Assembly (NCBI GenBank): GCA_019828565.1
Contig: JAHDYR010000005.1
Coordinates: 397,200-461,199 of the forward strand
Source of the DNA: Carpediemonas membranifera BICM
Lineage: Eukaryota > Protista > Fornicata
Length of the DNA: 64,000 nucleotides
Reading direction: 5' to 3'
Shown here: positions 1 through 10,690 of the stretch, piece after piece
Numbering within the stretch: the first letter of the stretch is position 1
Layout: each line of letters begins with the position of its first letter
The notes under the pieces: generated by a model
Databases searched by the model: none
What the model was told of the DNA's origin: nothing
The model's input: only the letters and a program-made list of their open reading frames with translations
Program-made: the position numbers and the translations under genes

Positions 1-780
1 GCTTAAGCTTAGAAGGACGGGGACGGGGAGCTGCGTAGGCAGGACTGGGGCCTGGGTCTCTGCTACGATGGCATCCTCGGCTGTGGCAAGGATGTCGTCG
101 GCTTGAGGCGTGTAAACGTCTCTCAGCTTCGCGATCATGTCGGGGTAAGTGAGGAGGCAGCAGCCCAGGCCACTCTTACCATGGGCGGGGAAATGAGAGT
201 GGGTAGAGGCCAGCAAGAGCTTGTTCAGCCGATCGTCGAACATCAGCAGCCATCTACTGAACGTCTGGGTGGGGTTGTCCAGGGTGGCGATGGGCAGGGA
301 AGTCTCGGGGTCGAGCATCTGGGTTGAGTGGGTAGAGGTTTGACTGATTCAGGCGAGCGACCACATCAAAGAACGAAACGTCGAGGGGCTGGAAGATGGG
401 GTGCAGTCGGGCGGGAGGACGAGTACTTCGACCTTCTGGCTGGCGAGATATACGATCGCCTCCTTGTCGAAATGGGTGAGGCAGCCGTCGATAATAAGGA
501 GGGCCCGCTTGTCGCCCAGATGCTCACTGCTGGGCGGATGGAGGTCTCGTCCATGTTGAAGACGAGGTGGGGCAAGTTGTCATAGCCGGCCAGGGTTGAC
601 TCAACCAGGGCGGCCCAGACCTCCACCTTCTGGGCAGTCATGCGCCTTGCCCTTGTCGTAGGTTGTGGCGGTCTCCAACCTTAAGGACATGTCGGCGAGC
701 AGAGACTCGTACTGCTTCGTCGACGGAGTGACAGTCAGCCCGCAGCCAGGGATGTTCTTCGCGATTTCATCCACATACAT
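1..780 (-). pseudogene. Degenerate pogo/Tigger-like (DDE_1) DNA transposase remnant
   Basis: Minus-strand fragments LRLETATTYDKG..MTAQKVEVWAALVESTLAGYDNLPHLVFNMDETS resemble the pogo 'IFNMDETG' first catalytic Asp region, and the downstream NLYPLNPD resembles the pogo C-terminal GIYPxNP motif. The region is frameshifted and internally deleted. Confidence 0.55.
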
Positions 781-1420
781 TAGTGTTCTGGGGGGTACTT
801 AGCTTCTTGCACAGTCTTAAAAGGGGTCGCGCCTTGGTCCTTCAGACTTTCCAGAAATCCTAAAAGTACACGGCGCACAGGCTCCTTGAAAACGCGCGGA
901 TCGCGATCCAGGGGGTTTGGGTGAATTTTGGCGGCAAAATCCGTGCTTGCTTTGCGCAGGTACCACGATGAGATACCATTAAATGATTCTATCCTCCTTT
1001 TGATCCCAAGCTCTTCTCCTCCATGAGAACGAGGAAGTCATAGACTCGCTTCGCTGGATCATCGGAGGCGTTAGAACAGAACTCTAGCCAGGCAGCCTCG
1101 GTTTTGGCACGGCCCGTGGCGGCAAAAAAGTGAAATCCTGTCGTGAGGTCCGGAAGTCGAAATGAGGGAGATTTTTAATCCTGTTATGATGAAAAAGGCG
1201 ACTGCGACGTCTGCGTCGAAGGACAACCTCTCAGGCCAGTTCGGGCTGGGTGCGTCCAACGGGAACGGGCGCATTGTGGATAACGTCCAGGAAGCGTATG
1301 CGGAAGGAATGTGCTTGCTCGGCGCCCACTTCTCAAACGCCTTCAACACTTTGCTGCAGGCCTTCATCGTATTTACACCAGCATGCCTCAGCCACCGTGC
1401 CTCCCCTGGACACCGCCGCC

Positions 1421-2611
1421 TCATCCAGTCCAGACGTACTTGCCGGGCCCCACGGGGCTAAATGGCATCCGTCCGTCGTAGCTCGACTCCTCCGAGAGCC
1501 AGCCGAGTCTGGACAGCAGGTAGTGGGTGATGTCGTCGCACTCGCCCAGGAGGTAGAGGTCGAACTGGTGGGGGTAGCCCACGACCTCGCGGTTGATGAG
1601 GATCTGCGGCACATGTCTAGGGATCCGGCCGCAGAGCCCGGCAACGGGTTTGACCTTGAGAGATGATCCCATGACAATGACGAGGTCGACCTGCTCGCAG
1701 TCGGCGTCGATGTGGGTGTCAAAGTCGTCGGGCAGCGGCTCCCCGAAGAAGACGAGGTCCGGCTTGAGCACGCCGCCGCAGTGGGCGCACGTGCCGACGA
1801 CGCCCTCGTGGATGAACTCCTGTAGCCGCTCCCCGCTCAGTGTCTGGTCGTGACAGCGCTGGCACGTGGTCGTGTCGAACCGGCCGTGACACGTGATGCA
1901 TTTGCTAATGCCAGCCTGGGCCTCGATGCCGTCGATGTTTTGGGTATAGTTCCTGAGCAGCTGGCCCCGGGCCTCAAGCTGGGAGATAAACATGTGCGAC
2001 ACACTCGGCTCGTGGCCTTGCACGTCCCAGATCTCACGGGCGAAGGAGTAGAAGACCTTGGGGTTCTTCTTAAAGTAGGCCAGGTCGAACATCAGGGTCG
2101 GGTCATCCAGCTCGGGGAAGCGGGCCCGCACCTTGCTGTACAGTCCGTCCTTGCTCCGGAAGTCCGGAATACCGCACGATACGGAGATTCCAGCGCCGGT
2201 GAGCACCAGAATGCGGCGGGCCTTGGCAATGATCTCGACGCCCTTGTTGACGGAGGAGAACTGCGGCAGCTGCTTCCTCGGAAGACGAGCTTCCTTCAGC
2301 TCATCAATAAGTCCTTCGAGCAAGCTCCAGGCGACGCTGGGAGCAATGTTCTCGTTGTGGAGGTTGAGACCAAGGGCAGTAATGACCTCTAGAGGGTTGA
2401 CACCGGATAGCCTGAGAGCAAGTAGCTCTTTGGCCATCTTATCGGTATTAATCGTCCCTAGGACATGCCTATCGTTGGGATTCTCTTCCTCGGAGTCGGG
2501 CTCGGTGTCCACGACGTACATATCCTCAGATTCGCTCTCGGAAAGATCATCGCGGACTATTGGGACCATACACGTGTCGTCGATCCAGCTGCTGTCTGTA
2601 TTGATGATCAT
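1421..2611 (-). CDS. SIR2: NAD-dependent deacetylase, class I sirtuin (Sir2/SIRT1-like)
   Basis: Motifs GAGISVSCGIPDFRS, YTQNIDGIE, CHG, CxxC...CxxC, KPDLVFFGEPLP and GSSLKVKP. First ATG at 2611; the ORF track starts at a non-ATG codon (2662). Confidence 0.95.
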   Translation of the reverse strand: MIINTDSSWIDDTCMVPIVRDDLSESESEDMYVVDTEPDSEEENPNDRHVLGTINTDKMAKELLALRLSGVNPLEVITALGLNLHNENIAPSVAWSLLEGLIDELKEARLPRKQLPQFSSVNKGVEIIAKARRILVLTGAGISVSCGIPDFRSKDGLYSKVRARFPELDDPTLMFDLAYFKKNPKVFYSFAREIWDVQGHEPSVSHMFISQLEARGQLLRNYTQNIDGIEAQAGISKCITCHGRFDTTTCQRCHDQTLSGERLQEFIHEGVVGTCAHCGGVLKPDLVFFGEPLPDDFDTHIDADCEQVDLVIVMGSSLKVKPVAGLCGRIPRHVPQILINREVVGYPHQFDLYLLGECDDITHYLLSRLGWLSEESSYDGRMPFSPVGPGKYVWTG

Positions 2612-2712
2612 GGCGGGATTCTTGGTCAAATCTGACAAAACATCATAAAGGCGGAGTGACAATACCAGGGGTCAATAGTCTGGTGTCATACACACGGCAT
2701 GATGATAGCTGT

Positions 2713-3418
2713 TTACTCTACTAACTTGGCTGTATCTATCCCCAACTTCTCCTGGTCCGTCTCGGGGGCCTCATCCCCAGCCTGTCCGGGAACGGACTCC
2801 ACTGACGCCGCCTCTTCTGCCGCCTCTTCTACCGCCGCAGACTCGGGGGCAGCATCTATCGCCGGCTCATGGGTTGGGTCGGGTTCCTCGACATTCTCGG
2901 GGACAGACGTAGAGGTGCTCTCGAGTCTTTGTTCTTCGGTAGTGAACTCCGCGGGTGTCTCTGACAGGGTCTCCGAGATGCCTTCTGCAGTGACTGCAGC
3001 CAGGGCGGCCATGGCCTCGCCGTTGCCGACCTTAAGCTGATCAACCTCGCCCGACAGTTCCTCGAGCGCGTGTTTCTCCCGCTCGACCATGTCGCGTACC
3101 TGCCTATGCATCTTACCCACGCGCTGCTGGACGGTGAGGACCTTGCCGCTGAGCTTGGTCACGCGCTTGTTGGCCGTGCGGAGTTTGTTGGAGTATTCGT
3201 CGAGTGGGACAATAGTGGCCACCTCCCGGAAGTCCTCAAGCGCTATATAAACCTGAGAAGCTGTACAAACTCTTCATGAGGTCACAAATCCGGCTGAGGA
3301 GCTCGGCCTGGTTCGTCTGGATCGAGGAGATGGACGTCATGATGCTCTCCACGCCAGGCTTCAAGAATGACTGGATTTCTGAAGATAGCGTCTCTTGAAA
3401 CGCGGCTTGTTCAGACAT
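2713..3418 (-). CDS. SNAPIN: Snapin (BLOC-1/BORC subunit)-like protein with acidic C-terminal extension; intron 3243-3270
   Basis: Removing the 28-nt intron GTTTGT...TATAG joins ORFs 3236-3418 and 2713-3222. FLKPGVESIMTSISSIQTNQAELLSRI and LDEYSNKLRTANKRV resemble Snapin FLRPAVQQL...SQVELREQI and LDPYVKKLLNARRRV. Confidence 0.75.
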
Positions 3419-4157
3419 TATTGCTGTGTTTCGCCGTTGCTGTTTGACGAGATCATTTGCCGCGCCTTTCCGGGAGTCTCCTCAGACATCTGCATGGGCT
3501 CCTCTGTGGTCGTTGCTCGTCGGAAGCCCTTCTTGACGAACCCGTTCCGAATCTTGCCCGTCACCACTCTGTGCAGGTCTCTGTTGCTGTTTCCGAGGGA
3601 GGGGAGGTTGGTCTCATCGAGCCTTGACTCGACCATCTGGCTGACTTGGGGGACCCAACGTCTTCTGCCTGCTCTCTTTTGCAGCAGTGTGAGTGCGAGT
3701 TCACAGAGTGCCAGCGGCCTTCCCAGGGATTCGGGTCTGTCCACGCGTGAAGGCCAGGTCCGCCCCGATGATGGGGTCTGTGCCTCTTGTCCTTTGGGTG
3801 ACTGGTCGAAGTGGGGGGGGCAGTGGCTGTGACGGTTGCCGCAGTCCCGCTGTTGGGGTTGACCGCCTCCTTCGGGGGGTTTGTGGTCACTGATGCAGAG
3901 CAGTAGGCTTGAATCTCCTTGCCGCACTCTTCGTCCGATTGAGCAAGTGCCCGCCCAATAAAGCAGACGCCGTCCAAAGACCAAGTGCGAGAAATATAGG
4001 CGCGAGGGGCACGCGAAGGAGTTATGTGCTCTCCAATGTTCGTATTTATCTCATTTCGCCGCTTCATCCAAGGGCAGACCGCGAGCACGCTTCGCCCACA
4101 TCTGGTACAACCCGCACACGGTCTACCAGGTCTACCGGCGCAGACAAGGAGACGCAT
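3418..4157 (-). CDS. Possible hypothetical protein; exon structure unresolved
   Basis: Overlapping minus-strand ORFs fill the gap between two genes and include a Thr/Pro-rich and His/basic segment. No recognisable domain. Confidence 0.25.
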
Positions 4158-4194
4158 GACAGACTACGGCTGAAGCTACCATCCCAAGCCCCCC

Positions 4195-4905
4195 TCAGAC
4201 CCACTGTACCAGGGGTGACACCACAGAGGCCGTCTCCACCAGTAACCGGGCCCCGTCCTCGGGTTGTGTGGGTGAAAGCGCCGTCAGCTCAATCAGCACA
4301 GTGCCTGGGTCCAGCAGCACCCTGTCCCTGGCGGCCATGGCCGCGGTCATGAGCACAGTGTCGTCCGGCTGAGTCGGTGAAGTTATGGACGTCGGTGGCG
4401 AAGGGACCATGTTTGGTGTGGGGGCGTCTGGTCTGAGTGTGAAGAGGTGGGTGATCAGCCGGCAGAGCACACCGCCCGGGAGTTCAAACTGGTGGCCCTG
4501 GGCATACGTTACAATCGCCAGGGGACGGTCGGTGGGGGCGTTCTCAGGAAGAGGGGTAGTCATTGCGTCGATCTTGACTGGTCTGCAGGTCACCGCACCT
4601 AGCTTCTTCGGCTTCTTGAGGTCGTATCGGGTGCCGTTGACGATGGTCCCTCCAAACTGGGAAAGACGGAGACGAGTGGCGAAGTTCTCAACAGACTGGC
4701 CGTATACCGCCTCATAGGCATGGAATTTGGATCGGACATGTGACATATCGTGGAGTATGTTGAAAAGCTCCTGGCCCGTTGAGATCCAGGACATAGTGTC
4801 GGCTGCATCGGCAAACATCACCTCGGTGTTGACCTCATTAGTACCATGGCGCAGTATACCTCGCAAATTGCACTCATATACCACTCCTCCTTGCGGCGCA
4901 CTCAT
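4195..4905 (-). CDS. MED18: Mediator subunit Med18-like protein
   Basis: N-terminal YECNLRGIL, FHAYEAVY, YAQGHQF and C-terminal VLIELTALSP...ASVVSPLVQW follow the Med18 pattern (EYLLQGSV / FLDHEMVF / FVAKGHLF / YLVELSVVAP...AEQLKPLVHL). Confidence 0.6.
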   Translation of the reverse strand: MSAPQGGVVYECNLRGILRHGTNEVNTEVMFADAADTMSWISTGQELFNILHDMSHVRSKFHAYEAVYGQSVENFATRLRLSQFGGTIVNGTRYDLKKPKKLGAVTCRPVKIDAMTTPLPENAPTDRPLAIVTYAQGHQFELPGGVLCRLITHLFTLRPDAPTPNMVPSPPTSITSPTQPDDTVLMTAAMAARDRVLLDPGTVLIELTALSPTQPEDGARLLVETASVVSPLVQWV

Positions 4906-4949
4906 TCTTCGTCACTGTGGGCAAAACTGGCAAAACTAAGAATGCACAG

Positions 4950-5300
4950 AGATATGTCCAGTCCACGAGCATCGTCTTGGAAAGCGTGCTGCCGCTGGCC
5001 CAGGCGTGTATTAGGGGCACGACCCCCAGTCGGACGGCCTCCTGCCTGTACTCCTCGCCGGAGGTCTCGTCAATGAGAGCCCCCAGCAGACCGGGACAGT
5101 GTTGTGAGCACAGAGGTCGTCACCAGAAGCTCGGTCACGAGCAGCTCGTTGGCCGTGTTCACCTCTGCTGCAAACGTCCCCAGCTTGCTCAAGACTCCGT
5201 CCGAGTCGATGTGAGCCCCGTTCGGTCAGAACTTGGGTCATTCTCTCCATCTCCCCGGTCAGAGCGGTCTCATCGCTGAGGGCATGGAGCTTGGCAGCGT
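4950..5300 (-). pseudogene. Frameshifted fragment of Ski2/Mtr4 helicase C-terminal (DSHCT) region
   Basis: Across frames: GEMERMTQVLTERG / HIDSDGVLSKLGTFAAEVNTANELLVTELLV / GVVPLIHAWASG, which resembles Mtr4/Ski2 'GHIDADGVVQLKGRAACxIxxxxELLxTELMF' and 'VYEWARG'. Confidence 0.6.
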
Positions 5301-5350
5301 GCTTTGTTAAACAGGAAGTTGATACACATGACATCATCAGGAGTAGTCCT

Positions 5351-5577
5351 TACTTACCTTACCTTCATTTAACAGAGCTACTTCCGCTGTGGTTTCCCCA
5401 CACCACGAAGGGTCTAACGGGTGTGTTTTTATCGCTAGCTCTACTAGATCGGTGGTGACAACCCATGATGGCCACCGCTTGGGCGATCCTCATGAAAGGA
5501 GGCGCCCCCGGGCCATGTTTTTGCCGCGAAGATTGAGCCCTCTCGAGTGAGGTAATGTTGGTAAGGTAAGGTAAGTA
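5351..5577. repeat. 227-bp structured segment bounded by 15-bp perfect inverted repeats (TACTTACCTTACCTT / AAGGTAAGGTAAGTA)
   Basis: The inverted repeat is directly visible. Internal stems include AGAGCTA/TAGCTCT, CGGTGG/CCACCG and GGGCG/CGCCC. Confidence 0.6.
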
Positions 5578-5580
5578 CAT

Positions 5581-6072
5581 CGACAGGCAATCATCGCGCG
5601 CCCCCTGCCTGCCGCTCGGCCTGGTCTGCCTTCCCCTGTCGAGTTACAGCCCCCCACGGCTGTTCCTACGCCTGTATGCCCTGACGAAGATGAAGCCGAC
5701 TCGTTTGATGAGGAGACCGAGCTAGAACCTGTTCCACCGGAACTTGCGATGGCACTCGCCAGAAATGCCGAGCCTCGCACCGCGGAGATCCCACAGAGGA
5801 CTCCTCCTCCCCCAGCAACGCCTGTGCAGCCCCAGGTGTCACCGGAAACACCGTCTCCCCCGCCCCGCCCCCCGAGTAACCGTCGCGCCGACTCGGCCAG
5901 GGTCCAGGTCCTCAACAGAGAACTGCTGGCCCAAGGCGCCTCGGCCCTTAGGCACGTTGCTGAGGCCGGTCACGTTGTACAGCTCTTCCACTGTAGCAGG
6001 ACATTAAAGTGCACCACTCACTTGTCTACAGAAAGTGCCACAGAAGTCTTCTACAGCGAAATTTTAGTATGA
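5581..6072 (+). CDS. Proline-rich protein or 3' gene fragment with weak WH2-like motif
   Basis: Frame is open from about 5581, with Pro-rich and acidic tracts and RELLAQGASALRHV. The 5' end abuts the inverted-repeat segment. Confidence 0.3.
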   Translation, partial: RQAIIARPLPAARPGLPSPVELQPPTAVPTPVCPDEDEADSFDEETELEPVPPELAMALARNAEPRTAEIPQRTPPPPATPVQPQVSPETPSPPPRPPSNRRADSARVQVLNRELLAQGASALRHVAEAGHVVQLFHCSRTLKCTTHLSTESATEVFYSEILV

Positions 6073-6528
6073 GAACTGCCTCACACCCGCCTGATACCAC
6101 CAACATCGTGGATTGGGCTGTATATCTGCACAAGGTCAAGAAGGAAAGTCAAGACTCCTGACCGGCCACAGCGGTAGAGTCGGCCAGATCCGCCTCCAGA
6201 TGTCCCAGGGCGCAAACACGGCCCAGCTCAACCAATTCTTTAGCTGGCTTGGTATCAGCACGGCTGCAGGCTATCAGGAAGCCGTCAGTGTTGCGCCTCT
6301 CCCCACTCCGCCCCAAGTTCCCCGGGTCGTCTCTGGTGGTGCTCCGAGGGTTCCGTTGGCAGTCGAGGTTGTCCCAGTCGAGACGGATCAGGTCTCCTCT
6401 GGTGTGGACTCGGTCCAGCCCGGAGCCTCCCAGCACTACTAAATGGCTTGAGTGACTCTGCTGCCTCTGTCCGGGAGTCGGAAAGTGACACTGCCCGCAG
6501 CCGCCATTCATATTTACTATACAACCTC

Positions 6529-7386
6529 TCACAGCATGTCTTTCAGCCGCATTGTCTCCCGGTGATACTCCCGCAGTTCCTCCAGGAAGTCCGGGTCATC
6601 GTCACTGTCCTGGTAGCCGTCCTTGATGACGTCCCGGACATCCTCCATCCTCGCCATAGCTGGTCTGGCGGGGCTAAACCCGCTGTGGTTGTGTGAGCTC
6701 GTGGAGTTGGTAAGCTTCACCGCTGACGGCGACGCTCCTGAGACATGGCTGCCCCCGTGGCTCCTGCTGTATGCCTGTGACTCGTGTATACTGGCGCTGA
6801 CGGCCGACGCTGCCTGCTGCTGCTTGATGGTCGCCCTCTGCTCTGCAATCACCCGGCGGGCCTGTGACAACTCCCGCTCGAGTCGCTGGTTATCAGCCCG
6901 CAGTCGGTCATTCTCATCGTTGAGCGTCCTGTTCTCTGCCATAATCTGCGTGTTTCTCTCTCTCAGGCTGTGTATACTGTCCTCCATCCTTGACTTGGCA
7001 GGGTCGTACTTGGACCCGATAAAACTCGCCTGGCTGGCTGACGTGCTCGGCCGCTTGACTGCGCCCTTCTCCTTCTTGAGGTACATGTGCATGTACGACG
7101 GTAGGTTGGGGAGGTCGCCGTCAGGAGGGAGGCGGCGGAAGGGCTCCTGTAGCGAACGATCGTGGACGAATTGGCGGAGAAGGCGGGCATATAGGTTACG
7201 GTTCTTCTTCCAGCTGATCAGAGTGTGCGGCTCGCTAAGGCGCTGCACCCACTTCTGAGTGAGAGGAGACATGGCGCGACAAACCTCAATAAGGATACGA
7301 TCATGTGTGTTGAAATAGACATATTCTCGATCTATGGATAATATACAGTCCTGGAATCTCTTATCTAACGTCGCACTAAGCTCCAT
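6529..7386 (-). CDS. DUF4485 (CEP112 N-terminal-like) domain plus coiled coil; probable in-frame 30-nt intron 7255-7284
   Basis: KWVQRLSEP...WKKNRNLYARLL...EPFRRLPPDGDLPNLPSYM resembles CEP112 RKNRNLYAKLLL...GPF...LPSYM. The segment GTTTGT...CTCAG reads as an in-frame insertion. Confidence 0.75.
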   Translation of the reverse strand: MELSATLDKRFQDCILSIDREYVYFNTHDRILIEVCRAMSPLTQKWVQRLSEPHTLISWKKNRNLYARLLRQFVHDRSLQEPFRRLPPDGDLPNLPSYMHMYLKKEKGAVKRPSTSASQASFIGSKYDPAKSRMEDSIHSLRERNTQIMAENRTLNDENDRLRADNQRLERELSQARRVIAEQRATIKQQQAASAVSASIHESQAYSRSHGGSHVSGASPSAVKLTNSTSSHNHSGFSPARPAMARMEDVRDVIKDGYQDSDDDPDFLEELREYHRETMRLKDML

Positions 7387-7574
7387 CAAGGGAGAAAGAG
7401 TTCCCGAAATCGGCCAAATTCCGGTGCAGTTTTAGGCATTGTAGCTTGAGACTCAACAATTCTAATCCTGCGCGGCACAGTGGCGAGATGGAGTGTGAGT
7501 GTGAAAGTGTGTGCTGGTGTGAGACGTGAGTATCGGACCCCGTTGCGTTGCTGATTGGCTCGACTTTGGCGAGG

Positions 7575-7620
7575 CTGATTCAGCGAGACGAGACCAAGGG
7601 TCAGGGTGATGGTTATAAAG
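7575..7620. repeat. 46-bp dispersed intergenic motif, copy 1
   Basis: 43/46 identical to 11499-11544. Confidence 0.85.
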
Positions 7621-7692
7621 AAGAAAGTTTTAGGCATAACGACAGTCAAGTCACCAGACCTCCATCGACACATCAATTCTTCGATACACTAT

Positions 7693-8421
7693 TTACAGGT
7701 CCTTCTTGGCCGTGGGGTCGACGAGGTGGGGGAACCTGGTCGGGCCCTGGATGGTCAGCCCCATGTACAGGCCCCAGGCCGCTAGCAGGACTGCAAGTCC
7801 ACCGCCGATAACGAGAGTGAGTGTGAGGCCGTCAAAGTAGTAGCCGAGGTCCCAGAGGTTGACGTCCTTGTCGGTGTCAGAGTATACGAAGCTCTCCGTG
7901 CGGCCGAGAGTTTGCGGGAAGGAAGTAAACATCACAACAGTGTGGCCTGCATTCACGGCAGCGGTGGCGATGGCGTCGAGGGCGGTGAGCATGCTTGCGA
8001 GGCTGTCGTAATCCTTCTCGGACACGGCGAATACGGTGGGGCCAACGATGCCGCTAGACGTCTCGGGCATGGCAAGTGGCTCTCCATACTTTTCCTTGAT
8101 GTAGCTGGAGTCCATGAGGGCTGGGGAGGCGCGGACAGCCGGTGTCGAGGCAAAAGTGAGGTTGAAGTCGCCTTCACGGAAAAGCTCGCGGGAGGAAGCG
8201 GCCTTTGAGTTCGGGAAAAGAGAAGCGGAAGCCCGAACAACTTCATCCGCCCGGAAAGAGTCGATATCAAAAACGAGGGTGGTTGCAGCGGCCGGGACCT
8301 TGTAAGAGGACGAGGCAAAGATCGTAGCGTCATTAAAAGCCACGGTCAATGGCTTCCCATAGTACGTTGTGCTTGCAAATGAAAGTGTGACGAATGCGAG
8401 GAGCAGGAAAGCTCTGTTCAT
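7693..8421 (-). CDS. V-ATPase accessory Ac45/Voa1-like type I membrane protein
   Basis: Signal peptide, C-terminal TM followed by GLYMGLTIQGPTRF (compare Ac45 GLHMILSLKTMDRF), and a C-terminal KKxx ER-retrieval signal (KKDL). Confidence 0.6.
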   Translation of the reverse strand: MNRAFLLLAFVTLSFASTTYYGKPLTVAFNDATIFASSSYKVPAAATTLVFDIDSFRADEVVRASASLFPNSKAASSRELFREGDFNLTFASTPAVRASPALMDSSYIKEKYGEPLAMPETSSGIVGPTVFAVSEKDYDSLASMLTALDAIATAAVNAGHTVVMFTSFPQTLGRTESFVYSDTDKDVNLWDLGYYFDGLTLTLVIGGGLAVLLAAWGLYMGLTIQGPTRFPHLVDPTAKKDL

Positions 8422-8517
8422 GCAAGCTCACAGCTGTCCTTAAACTGCTGCCCCGTAAAATGTGATTTACGTGTTATGTACGTCTTCGGTTATAACTGCA
8501 TGCAAGCTTCTAGACCG

Positions 8518-8763
8518 ATGACGAATGACAAGACCAGGAGATTGGAGGCCCTGGACATCGATTCTTACGTTGATCACCTTCTCTGGTATGACGCATACCG
8601 TTCCTCGCGTCGTGCCCGGCCGTTCCATCATTGCTTAGGCGGCGACGTCAAGCGCCAAGCTTTGATGGAATACGGCATCGCCAGCGTTGACGAATATGAT
8701 CCTCCTCGCGTAGACGCAGGGTACTTCCGACTCCTCGTCGACCTCTTCGTCAAGCTCGGATGA
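8518..8763 (+). CDS. Short hypothetical protein
   Basis: ORF in the intergenic gap; no domain recognised. Confidence 0.2.
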   Translation: MTNDKTRRLEALDIDSYVDHLLWYDAYRSSRRARPFHHCLGGDVKRQALMEYGIASVDEYDPPRVDAGYFRLLVDLFVKLG

Positions 8764-8982
8764 AGAGGAGACCCGCGCTGAACGTAACAGCCGCCTGCGG
8801 CACGCATGGATGGGCCTGTGTGCCCCGTGACCAGGGAGGGTCATGAGCGGGACGAAGCGGCCAAGCACTTGAACAGTTCCTGAAGGGACGGAAGTTCACT
8901 GTCGTTACTTATCGCCGCAACCTGTGGATGGGCCAGTCTGACAACACCACGAGTTCTGACATTTAAAAAAAATATGCTGAGT

Positions 8983-10499
8983 TCACTCGAGGCCCTGGGC
9001 TAGCTCAGCACCGCAGCGCTCAATCATCATCCTGAACGCTTCTTCGCGGTCCGACGCTTCGTCCACCCTGGCCTCGAACACCTCAGCGAGGACACGCCGC
9101 TGGAGGGCAGGCAGCACCTTGAACACGGGCTTGCCCCACACAAGCCCGCACAGCGAGACGAGCTCCTTCGTGTTGACGGGAACCCTGAGACCTGGGGCCG
9201 AGCAGAGGTGCTGAGAAATGATGAATTCAAGGAGTCCGGCATATTCTTGAGTCGACAGAGTCACCCGGCTGAGTGCAAGCGCGGGGACAATCAAGCCGTG
9301 CTTGAAGTCGTTCGTCATCCCGCAGAGCACGGCGCCCACCCCGCCCCTGGTCAGCCGGGACATGTCGAGCCCGGCCAGGGCCGCCGCACGGGCGAGGATG
9401 TCTTCCACGAGGGAGATCTCCCGGTTGGACATCTTTATGTCCCGCAAAACTGCGGTGACTGCAGAAGTCTCCTTCATTTTCTTCCCCATCCTCGCCAGGG
9501 TCGTCGTGCCATAAACAGGGTGCAGGATTGCTGACAGACTCACCCCGAGTCGGAGCTCAGAAGCAGAGCCGGTCCATAGGCTGGATAGCTCAGTGGTTAG
9601 CATGGCCAGACCGTCAAAAGCCCGCTCGACGCGGGGCTCGTACCCGCGCCAGGCATCGGGTAGAGGAATAACAGCTGTGTGTAAGCCAAGCGAGACGAGC
9701 GTGTTGATGCCCAACTGACAATTAGGGTGTTCAAGCATCAGTTGGGCCTCGTGGGTGATCCGCTCTTGGGATACAATATCCCGAAGCTTGGGCAATAGAC
9801 TCGAATCTTTCATCGACTCAAAGATCGAGTCGTGAATCTGGAATTTGAATCTAGAAGCGAATCTTGCCACTCTCAGCATCCGGAGCGGGTCATCTCTGAA
9901 TGTCTGGGTCGGCTCCAGCGGTGTCCGAATCAACCCGGCCCGGAGATCGTCCAGGCCCCTGTGCAAGAAGTCCTCAACCATGCCCGTGTTGATGTTGTAG
10001 AACAGGGCGTTCATAGTGAGATCTCTGCGCTCAGCGTCCTGCAGTGGCGTTCCAAACTTCACTGTGGGGATTCGGCTGGCCTCGTTGTATTCCTCGGATC
10101 GTAGGTTGACGAAATCAACCCAGATGCCCAGGATATGGATACGTGCACACTCTAAGTGCTTCGACTTCTCGGGGTCTGCGCGGATTACGGCTACGCGGTG
10201 CTGCTCGGCGTGTGCTGGGTGAGGGGGGATGGGGTGACGTACTCTCGGCGTAATACTCGACAACCTTCTCTGCAAACTCACGCCCAGTGACATTGTCAGT
10301 AGTAATATCAATATCTTCATTCTGTTTGCCTAGAACTTTGTCTCGAACCTGGATAAGCGTTCGTTACGTTACAAACCCAGCCACCAGCGACGCGAAGAGT
10401 AGTTTTGCACTCGTATTTGGCTAAAACAGCCTTAAGAATGTCGAACAGCTGAGTTTCAAGCTCGGTTAGCTCAATCACGACATTTTCAACTGCACTCAT
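8983..10499 (-). CDS. CCA1: CCA tRNA nucleotidyltransferase (class II); introns 10349-10376 and 10215-10242
   Basis: Splicing two 28-nt introns restores LRVAGGWVRDKVLG...DIDI. Also SKHLECA, DFVNLRSEEY, DAERRDLTMNALFYN and DDPLRMLRVARFASRF. Confidence 0.93.
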
Positions 10500-10690
10500 C
10501 CTTTGTCCTTAACGTGCGGCTGAATACAGGACCGTCTAGCTCAGTCGACTGACTCAGCCGCCCGACAAATGCAGTAGACGGAGTCAAGATGCTGTTCTGT
10601 GCCCATCTATGGTCTGTCCTTCACCCTTCATTCGACGCCATCATCATCCGAGGGTCCTTTATCCGAAATGACGACCCGAAGATCGATGTC

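Noticed and set aside
5351-5520. U1 snRNA gene
   Set aside because: Only the TACTTACCT end matches; no clear U1-70K or U1A loop or Sm site. Kept only as an unexplained foldback.
10528-10560. tRNA gene (TAGCTCAGTCG A-box-like)
   Set aside because: No anticodon arm, T arm or acceptor stem follows.
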